Positions 25,312 through 34,100 of a stretch of DNA of 37,417 nucleotides are shown piece by piece (positions within the stretch are counted from its first letter, which is position 1; each line of letters starts with the position of its first letter). Both the position numbers and the translations under genes were made by a program. Location: IMG/VR virus record IMGVR_UViG_3300030059_003705, positions 1 to 37,417 of that record; one strand, given 5' to 3'. Source of the DNA: a virus (taxonomy: Duplodnaviria; Caudoviricetes). Below the pieces are notes generated by a model. The model saw only the letters and a list, made by a program, of their open reading frames with translations. It made no database searches and was not told the DNA's origin.

Positions 25312-28300
25312 ATGTCAATTAAAAGCTTAGGTTCTTTAACAGTTGATTTGGTCGCAAATGACAGTCAATGGACGGCAGGCATGTCTCGGGCTGAACGTTC
25401 AACTAAACGATTTGAAGAACAAACCAAGAGACAAAATAAAGAGTTAGAACGTGTTGTATCAAAGATTGATCCAGTTGTAGGAAAACTTAAGGAACTTGAA
25501 AGACAACAGCAAGTACTTAATCGTGCCCTGAAGTCAGGCAATATCGATCAAAAACAATATGACTCACTTACCCGAAAATTAGAACAACAGCGCCGTTCAG
25601 TTCAAGGCCTTGGTGGTGATTACGACAGAGCTACAAAGTCAGCTAACGGGTTAACGGGATCACTGAACGCAGTACGTACAGTCGCACTTATAGCCAGCGC
25701 AGCGCTGGGCGGCATGGGCATCAGTCGCGTCATCTCTGAAACCGCACGTTTCGGCGAGAGCATGAACACGTTGCGTGCTATCACTGGCGCTACACAGGAA
25801 CAGTACGAAGCATTAGAGAAACAAGCTAGAACGCTGGGCGCTACAACACGCTACAGCGCTCAAGAATCGGCGGATGCACAAGCGTATCTTGCGCGTGCTG
25901 GCTTTGACGTAAACCAAACGCTGGCTGCAACGCCTTCAATCCTGGCGCTCGCAACAGCGGGGCAACTCGATCTAGCATCAGCAGCAGACATTGCTTCTAA
26001 CGTACTCGGTCAGTTTGGCTTACAAGTAAGCGACTTAGGACGTGTAAACGATGTGCTGGCGAAAGCCGCTAATAGTAGTAACACGACAGTCTCCCAGCTA
26101 GCTCAAGCGCTCAAGCGGGCGGGGCCGATTGCTAACAGTGCAGGTGTATCACTTGAAGAAACAGCAGCCGCAATATCTGCGCTCTCAGACGCGGGCTTAC
26201 AAGGAGAATTGGCGGGTACGGGTGTGCTTGGCTTCATACGTCAGCTATCGAACGTAACTCCTAACGCTGAGGCGGCATTAAAGAAATATGGGTTAAGCAT
26301 TGCTGATGTGTCGTTAGAGACGAACACGCTAGGCGAAGTCATCCAAAAATTAAACGCTGCACAGATATCAACGCCTGATTCGTTCAAAATTTTTGCGTCT
26401 GAGGCAGGGCCAGCGGCGCAAGTATTAGCACTATCAGCAGACAAAGTAGACGCATTAACAGAATCATATCGTAATGCTACTGGCACTGCTGATGAGATGG
26501 CTAAAATCATCGGGCAAGGTTTATCTAATTCAATTAAAACTTTTAATTCTGTTATCGGTGAAGCAACATTACAAATCGGGCAGGGTGGCTTAGGTCAATC
26601 TTTTGAATTCCTGATTAATCAAGCATCGGGAATCATTTCAGTATGGAATGGGATGGGTGATGTATATGCAGAATCAAATGAATTAACAGCAGAGCAATCG
26701 CGTAGAAATGAAATACTAGCACAGACAATTCAATCAACAGCAGCAGCGTTATCAGCAGTCACGGTATCTTATGTAGCATATACAGTTGCCGTTAGTGCTG
26801 CTGGAACAGCTACTAAAGTATTTGCAACATTAGCTAAAGGAAACCCAATTCTTTTAGCTGTCAGTGGTGTAGCGGCAGCAATCGCTATTATCTATTCATT
26901 CAAAGATCAATTGATATCAGTGGGTGAAACTACCGCTGAAATGGGTGAATACTCATCAGAAATTTGGCGTGTATTGGTATCCAGAATTTCAACATATTGG
27001 AAATCATTAGATGAAACGCTGAATGAAGTGCTAGATAAGTTTGATATCAATGTCTCTTCAGTTCTTGAAACAATGCAAGGTTACTGGGGCAGTTATGTTT
27101 CTTACATTGCAACTGTCACTAAGACAACTATCAATACTGTAATCGGATTGTTTGTGTCTGTCGCTGACGCAGTTTGGACAACTGTTAATACAATTTACAA
27201 TAATTACACTTACATGTTTGATCGTATTTTAACGACTGCTTCAGCATTTAAGGATGACTTTAAAAATATTGTTAATGGTAACTTTGATTTTGATAATCTT
27301 GCACGCGAAATGGAAGAAGGCTTTAGCGGTACAACTAATGTATTTGAAGCCGTGGGCGAATCAATACGAACAAATATGGGCCGTGATTATGTAGGTGAAG
27401 TGCTGGATGGCGTTCAATCAGTAATAGATGAAGCTGCTAATAACATTGCTGCACGTAATTTATATAAACCGCTTAGCGGATGGATGTTTGAATTAAATGA
27501 CGCAGCGAATTCAACTATCCCAACTGTTGAAGAATTCAGTAATACATTGGATGAAAATAGTGAATCAGCAAAAGAGAATGCTAAAGCACAACGTGATGCT
27601 GAAAGAGCAGCAAATCAATTTGATAATACTATACGTTCATTAACAGATCGATTAGACCCATTAGGTAAGAAGTTTAGAGACTTTAATTCTGATGAAATGC
27701 TGCTTCAAACGGCAATGATGCAGAATAAAATCTCTATTGAAAAATATTTTGAATTACTAACACGTCTCAAGAAAGAACAAGAAGAAGCGGTTAAAGGTAC
27801 TGATGCCCCAACATTATCAATATCCGCTGAATTTGGTGGTGTGAGTTCTGACGTTTCAAATATTTTGAAATATCGAGAAGATTTAGAAAAGTGGCGTACA
27901 GATGAACTGACAGTACTGGATGATTTGAATGATGCAAAACTGCTATCAGACATTGATTACTTTGAACGCAAAGCAGCACTAGAACAAAAATATGCAGACA
28001 GAACGAATGATGTAGCTGTAGCGAGTAAGAACGCTCAATTGTCAGTCATGGGCAACCTTGCAGATTCTACAGCGGGCATTCTATCCACGCTAGGACAAGA
28101 ATCATCCGCAGCTTACAAAGCGATGTTCTTAATCTCAAAAGCGGCATCGATGGCGCAAGCAATTGTGAATACTGAACAAGCAGCAACGTTAGCCCTGGCG
28201 CAAGGTGGGGGGATCGCTGGCATACCCATGTCTACCATCGTTCGTGCTTCAGGCTATGCATCAGTAGCAGCGATAGGCGCTACAAGCATCATGGGTATGG

Positions 28301-28581
28301 CTCACGACGGCATCGATTCAATTCCACGAGAAGGCACCTGGCTTTTACAAAAAGGTGAACGTGTCACGACTGCAAACACTTCAGCAAAACTAGATAAGAC
28401 ACTAGATCAAATCACGAACAATAACACAGCAAGTTCACAGTTTGTCTTTTCACCGACAATCACAGTTGAAGCAGGATCAAGCGTTACACAAGCAGATATC
28501 CAGGCGTTGATGAAAAACGAACACGCTCGATTTAAATCAATGCTCATTCAAGAAAAGCTTAGTGGTGGTTTGCTAGCTTAA
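25312..28581 (+). CDS. Tail tape measure protein (TP901-type core)
   Basis: MSIKSLGSLTVDLVA start; ARTLGATTRYSAQESADAQAYLARAG core; C-terminal MAHDGIDSIPREGTWLLQKGERV. Confidence 0.95.
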   Translation: MSIKSLGSLTVDLVANDSQWTAGMSRAERSTKRFEEQTKRQNKELERVVSKIDPVVGKLKELERQQQVLNRALKSGNIDQKQYDSLTRKLEQQRRSVQGLGGDYDRATKSANGLTGSLNAVRTVALIASAALGGMGISRVISETARFGESMNTLRAITGATQEQYEALEKQARTLGATTRYSAQESADAQAYLARAGFDVNQTLAATPSILALATAGQLDLASAADIASNVLGQFGLQVSDLGRVNDVLAKAANSSNTTVSQLAQALKRAGPIANSAGVSLEETAAAISALSDAGLQGELAGTGVLGFIRQLSNVTPNAEAALKKYGLSIADVSLETNTLGEVIQKLNAAQISTPDSFKIFASEAGPAAQVLALSADKVDALTESYRNATGTADEMAKIIGQGLSNSIKTFNSVIGEATLQIGQGGLGQSFEFLINQASGIISVWNGMGDVYAESNELTAEQSRRNEILAQTIQSTAAALSAVTVSYVAYTVAVSAAGTATKVFATLAKGNPILLAVSGVAAAIAIIYSFKDQLISVGETTAEMGEYSSEIWRVLVSRISTYWKSLDETLNEVLDKFDINVSSVLETMQGYWGSYVSYIATVTKTTINTVIGLFVSVADAVWTTVNTIYNNYTYMFDRILTTASAFKDDFKNIVNGNFDFDNLAREMEEGFSGTTNVFEAVGESIRTNMGRDYVGEVLDGVQSVIDEAANNIAARNLYKPLSGWMFELNDAANSTIPTVEEFSNTLDENSESAKENAKAQRDAERAANQFDNTIRSLTDRLDPLGKKFRDFNSDEMLLQTAMMQNKISIEKYFELLTRLKKEQEEAVKGTDAPTLSISAEFGGVSSDVSNILKYREDLEKWRTDELTVLDDLNDAKLLSDIDYFERKAALEQKYADRTNDVAVASKNAQLSVMGNLADSTAGILSTLGQESSAAYKAMFLISKAASMAQAIVNTEQAATLALAQGGGIAGIPMSTIVRASGYASVAAIGATSIMGMAHDGIDSIPREGTWLLQKGERVTTANTSAKLDKTLDQITNNNTASSQFVFSPTITVEAGSSVTQADIQALMKNEHARFKSMLIQEKLSGGLLA

Positions 28582-28588
28582 AAGATAT

Positions 28589-28610
28589 GCCCCAATTTTG
28601 GGGCTTTCTT
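28589..28610 (+). terminator. Terminator after TMP (hairpin family)
   Basis: GCCCC-AATTTT-GGGGC-TTTCTT. Confidence 0.75.
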
Positions 28611-28652
28611 GCTGATATACATAAATAATAATAAGAAAAGGAACACATTTTA

Positions 28653-29000
28653 ATGTATCAAACATTTCCAATTTTAGAACGAGCAGACGTAGACGTTGGC
28701 GCACAAGAACAACTTGAATTTAATGTAAATGTTGTGGGCTTCGGCGATGGATACGAACAGCGAAGCGCTAAAGGTATTAACTCAGTCAAACAAGTGTTAG
28801 ACGTTACATTCACTGCTTTAAATGATAGTGATGCACAGCTAATTAGTGATTTTATCAAAGCAAGGGCAGGTGCAGAACCATTCTACTTCAAGTTCTATGT
28901 TGATGAACAGAAGCTATATACGTGTACGTCATATTCTAAAACAGTCATTGAAAAGAACAAAAATACAATCAGCATGAATTTTGAAGAGGCGTTTCGATGA
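28653..29000 (+). CDS. Minor tail protein M (distal tail)
   Basis: FGDGYEQRSAKGINS, FIKARAGAEPFYF. Confidence 0.92.
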   Translation: MYQTFPILERADVDVGAQEQLEFNVNVVGFGDGYEQRSAKGINSVKQVLDVTFTALNDSDAQLISDFIKARAGAEPFYFKFYVDEQKLYTCTSYSKTVIEKNKNTISMNFEEAFR

Positions 29001-29695
29001 GTGAATTAATAGCGAGCGAATCACAAAAACTATATCACGATACTATCATTACACTGTATGAAATAGACGCATCATTTTATGGTGGTGGTGTCTTACGCTT
29101 TCAAGCTAGTAGCAATCAGACATTGAGATTTAACGGATATGAATACTTCCCGTATCCAATTCAGGCAAATGGTTTTGAATACACTGGTAGGGGGCAAGCA
29201 CCACAACCAACTTTGACGGCTTCAGTTCTTGATTTGTCATTCACAGCACAGCTATTAAGCGCTAACAATTTAGAAAATTGTGATGTTAGACGTATAAAAA
29301 CATATCGTAAGTTTCTAGATGATGGTTCTGATCCGCAACCCACGGCGACACTTGTAGTTGATGAATTCTATATTGCACGTATGTCATCAAAAACTAAAGA
29401 CCAAGTTACTTTTGCGTTAGCTAGCAAAATCGATATGCGTGGTAAGCAAATCCCTGGCAGACAGATTATTAAAGGCACGTGCATGTTTTCATATCGCGTG
29501 TGGAATGCGGAAAGTAATCAGTTCAACTACATCAATGCTACATGTCCCTATAGTGGTTCTAGTTATTTTGATATCAACGGAAATGTAACTACAGCAGACA
29601 AAGATATATGTTCAAAGGATTTGAAAGGTTGCAAGCTTAGATATGGTGATAGTCCGTTGCCGTTTGGTGGCTTTCCAGGCGCAGGCAGGTACTAA
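28997..29695 (+). CDS. Minor tail protein L
   Basis: YPIQANGFE..G.G..PQPTL, RRIKTYRKFLD, C-terminal four Cys and LPFGGFPG. Confidence 0.94.
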   Translation: MSELIASESQKLYHDTIITLYEIDASFYGGGVLRFQASSNQTLRFNGYEYFPYPIQANGFEYTGRGQAPQPTLTASVLDLSFTAQLLSANNLENCDVRRIKTYRKFLDDGSDPQPTATLVVDEFYIARMSSKTKDQVTFALASKIDMRGKQIPGRQIIKGTCMFSYRVWNAESNQFNYINATCPYSGSSYFDINGNVTTADKDICSKDLKGCKLRYGDSPLPFGGFPGAGRY

Positions 29696-29696
29696 T

Positions 29697-30419
29697 ATGC
29701 TGACAACAGGACAAACACAATACGTTAAAGACGAATCAATTAAAGCATATCCCCATGAAGTGATTTTCTTACTAACTGGAGAAAAGGGACTATACAAAGT
29801 AACAAATATTGCTGATGACACGACAAAAGAGTTTCGGGTATCTAGTAGCGATATGCAGCAAGCACTAACTCAAAACCTATTAGCTGTCATACATAGTCAT
29901 CCAGATTTTCCAGCATGTCCAAGCGAGGCGGATATGCACTCACAATTAGCGGTAGATGTAACATACGGCATATGTGCAACAGATGGTATTAATGCGACTA
30001 ATATTAATTGGTGGGGTGGTATAGAGAAAGCACCTTTGATAGGTCGTGGATTTATTCATGGTATTCAGGATTGTTATTCTTTGATTAAAGACTATTACGA
30101 ATTAGAGCTAAATATTGAGCTTAATGAATTCCCTCGCAGTTGGGAATGGTGGAATAAAGGGCAAGATTTATATTCATCGAATGTAATTGATGAGGGATTT
30201 ATAAGAGTTGATGAACCCCAGATAGGGGATATGATCTTTATGCAAATCCGTTCTGATGTACCCAACCACGGCGCTATATATGTCGGTAATGATTTAATAT
30301 TACATCACATCACAAGTTCTAAAGCTGTAGACGAAACACGCATATCAACACAAGAACCCATTTATAGATATCAGAATTTCATCACACATTATTATAGACA
30401 TAAGTCGATGTTTAAATAA
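29697..30419 (+). CDS. Tail protein K (JAB/MPN plus NlpC/P60 domains)
   Basis: YPHE, HSHP...PSEAD, GIQDCYSL, NHGAIYVG..LILHH; start moved to the ATG after the L stop. Confidence 0.93.
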   Translation: MLTTGQTQYVKDESIKAYPHEVIFLLTGEKGLYKVTNIADDTTKEFRVSSSDMQQALTQNLLAVIHSHPDFPACPSEADMHSQLAVDVTYGICATDGINATNINWWGGIEKAPLIGRGFIHGIQDCYSLIKDYYELELNIELNEFPRSWEWWNKGQDLYSSNVIDEGFIRVDEPQIGDMIFMQIRSDVPNHGAIYVGNDLILHHITSSKAVDETRISTQEPIYRYQNFITHYYRHKSMFK

Positions 30420-30436
30420 CCAAATGCACTTTTGAG

Positions 30437-30461
30437 AATGCCCCAATTAAGGGGCATTTTT
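30437..30461 (+). terminator. Terminator after K (hairpin family)
   Basis: AATGCCCC-AATTAA-GGGGCATTTTT. Confidence 0.8.
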
Positions 30462-30533
30462 ATTGTCTTTTGTTTGATAAATAATCTGTATGGAGTTCAC
30501 TGAATTTGAAAATAATAATACGGGGATATTTAA

Positions 30534-31118
30534 GTGATAAAGGTTAAATTGTACGGAAAGCTTAAAAAGCAATTTGGTGAATCTTACGAATTGAATGCAC
30601 GAGATGCGAGGGAATGTATTCGGGCTTTATCGGTACAGCTACAAGACTTTAATGAAGTCATGTTCAAGTCAGATGTCCGGCTTGTGTGGGGTGATTTAAA
30701 AAGTAATCGTGAACTTGATGAAGAATCTTTATCGCTGACAATTGAGAATAAAGAACTTCACATCATACCAAGCGCAGCGGGCGCTGGCGGTGACACAGGC
30801 AAAATAATAGCTGGGGCAGCGCTTATAGGTGCATCGTTTTTTGTACCTGGCGCTGGCGTAGCAGGCATATCAGCACTATCAGCGACAACAGTAGCAGTTG
30901 TTGGTACCTCTTTGATGCTGACTGGCGTAGCTCAATCACTAGCACCACAGGCGAACTCAGATTATGAATCACAACAGAAAGCAGACCAACGCGCTAGCTA
31001 TCTATTCGATGGCCCTGTCAATAGAGCAGGTGAAGGGATCGCAATTCCACTAATTATCGGTGAAGTAAAAACAGGATCAATCGTTGTATCCAGCGGTTTG
31101 GATTCTGAACAACTTTGA
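30534..31118 (+). CDS. Tail assembly protein I
   Basis: VKLYGKLKKQFG, SYLFDGPVN..GEG..IPLIIGE...GSIVVS. Confidence 0.93.
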   Translation: MIKVKLYGKLKKQFGESYELNARDARECIRALSVQLQDFNEVMFKSDVRLVWGDLKSNRELDEESLSLTIENKELHIIPSAAGAGGDTGKIIAGAALIGASFFVPGAGVAGISALSATTVAVVGTSLMLTGVAQSLAPQANSDYESQQKADQRASYLFDGPVNRAGEGIAIPLIIGEVKTGSIVVSSGLDSEQL

Positions 31119-31184
31119 TCAAGCAATAACTACTAGAAGTAAACAAACAATTATAAAAATAATACAGTTGGAAGTAGCTTAAGA

Positions 31185-34100
31185 ATGAATGTCAATAACA
31201 ATAATAATGTAGAAATTAAAGGCGCTGGTGGCGGTGGTAAAGGTGGCGGTGGTAGTGCGCGTATAGCTCAAGAAGACCCAAACAATTTACAAAGTAATGC
31301 AGTCGCTAGAATTATCGATTTGATCGGCGAAGGTGAGATATACGGCTTAGTCGATGGTTTGAAGTCTGTTTATATCGATAACACACCTCTACAAAATGAA
31401 GATAATACATTTAATTTTTCTGGTGTTGAGATAGAAGAACGTGTTGGATTAACTGTTCAAAGTCACGTGGGCGGTTTTGACGGCATTGAAGCTACAACAG
31501 ATGTATCAACTGAAATAACAACTGTTGATCCAGTAATTAGAACTATCACAAATTTAAGTATTGATGCAGTTCGTTTGACTCTACAGCTACCATCGCTTTC
31601 TAAGCAAAATGCAGAGAATGGGGATTTAAACGAGAACGAAGTTTCCATTGCTATTGATGTTAGAGAGCAGGGTGGCAACTGGTCACAAGTAAAACAAGAC
31701 ACAATATCTGGTAAAACGACAAGCCCATATCAGCGCTCTTATCGTATCGATCTTAACGGCGTTGGGCCGTGGGATGTGCGGTTTAGACGTATTACTGATG
31801 ATAGTGATTCATCGATAATTAATGATAAAACGTATTTTGCAAGCTACACAACCATCATTGATTCTAAATTAACGTATCCTGACACCGCATATATTGCTTT
31901 TAAAGTAGATGCGAAGCAATTCGGTAACTCAATTCCTGAACGTGTCTATTTGGTTCGCGGTTTAATCGTAAATGTTCCTGATAACTATAATCCAGAAACC
32001 CGCCAATACACAGGGCTATGGGGTGGTAATTTCAAACGTGCGTGGACAAATAACCCCGCATGGATTTTCTATGATCTAGCTACTAATAAACGTTATGGCG
32101 CTGGTTTAGATAATGTAGACAAATGGTCTCTATATCAAATCGGTCGTTATTGTGATGAATTTGTAGATGATGGTTATGGAAGCACTGAACCACGCTTTAC
32201 TATCAACACAGTTCTTAATACTCGTGATGATGTTTACAACGTTTTAAACTCGTTATCAAGTGCTTTTATGGGCATGACATATTATGGTGCTGGTACTATC
32301 ACTGCTGTTCAAGACGCGCCCAAAAATTCTTCACGTGTGTTGACAGACGCAAATGTTATAGGTGGAGAATTCAAACGTTCTGACTCTGACATTAGAACGC
32401 GTCATACACGTTGTGCTGTCTCGTGGAATGATCCTAGCAATAATTTCAAACTGACTACAGAGCTAGTCGAAGATAGTGCAGCGCTACAAAAATATGGAAT
32501 TCAAACAAAAGAGATAACCGCTTTTGGTTGCACATCGAGAGGTCAAGCGAGACGGCTAGGATTATGGACTCTATACACAGAACAGCTTGAAACCGAAACT
32601 GTAGAATTTAGCGTGGGTGTTGCTGATGCAGATGTGCGTCCAGGTGACGTAATTAGTATTAATGATTCGTCTCACGTGGGGTATCGTTTGGGTGGTCGTT
32701 TAAAATCTAACAATACAGCTAATAAATTGTATCTTGATAAATCCCCTGAAAATTTTACGGGTGATAATAAAACTATCAGTATTCAAATGCCCGACGGCTC
32801 TTTAGTTCATAAACCAATATCAAGTATTTCTGATAATGTTGTTACGCTTTCATCATCTCTTAATGAAGCGCCTTTAGATAATGCTGCATTTGCTCTTAGT
32901 AGTTCTAATGTTGCTTTGCAAGAATTTAGAGTGTTAGCTGTCACTGATAACAATGATAATACGTTCACTATTTCTTGCTTAGAACACAATAAAAATAAGT
33001 ATGCGAGGGTAGAGCAGGGCTTAATAATTCCTGATAGTCCGACAACTTTACTACCAAGCGGACGCTTATCACCACCTTTAAACATTAACGTGCGTACTTA
33101 CAAATATCTTGAAGGGGGCACAGAACATCAAGGCGCCTTAGTGGGTTGGACACCATCCGATGATCCGCGAACCAAATCATATATTGCTGAAATTCTAAGA
33201 CCAAATGCTACTACATTTGAAACAATTGCTAACACATCAAAAACATCAGTTGACGTTCAGCGCATAACAAACGGGGAATATACTTTCCGTGTTGCTGCTG
33301 TTGACTCAATCGGTAATCGTTCGGCTTGGACAACACGCACGACAACTTTAGATTCATTGCTATTACCTGTGATGCCTGACGATGTTCAAGTTGAACGCGG
33401 CAATTTCAATATTACATTGATACCAATTTCAAACACACATCCAGGCCAATTGTATGAATTCTATAGGTCTAATATTGCGCTAACAACTGAATTGATTTTA
33501 TCAAATGCTGTAAATCTTGGACGTTCTACAACACTTGCTGATAATAACTTAGAGCGTGATACCACGTATTTTTATTATATTCGCGGGTGGAATGCGTATG
33601 GCGTTTCTGATTTTTATCCCATTCAAGTAACTACTGATAATAACATTTCTGAATACATTGATATGCTTACGGGTGAAATTCGCGAGTCACATCTATACAA
33701 AACATTGAATGAAGAAATTGAAAAGATTAGTGGCCCTGAATCGTTGGTTGGTTCTGTCAATTATAAAGTAGCTGAAGAAGCACAAGATAGAGCGCAAGCA
33801 ATTCTTGCTGCTAGTGATAATTTAAGTGCTGCTATTAGTAATGAAGCAACTATTCGTGAAACTGAAGACACTGCATTAGCTGAGCAGCAGGTTGTTATCA
33901 TATCTCAAATTGATGATGCTACTTCAAGTATCGTGAATCTTGAACAAACTGTTGTTGATAATAATTCAGCACAAACAACTAGAACGAATGCATTACAATC
34001 AACTGTTAATTCTAATCATGCATTTGCTGTTAATAAAACAAATGCGATTGTTACTGATGTTGATGCTCTTACCACGCGTGTTGATACATTATCTGCGTCA

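Noticed and set aside
29643-29696. N-terminal extension of tail protein K
   Set aside because: Overlaps the conserved end of L; the ATG at 29697 follows the L stop
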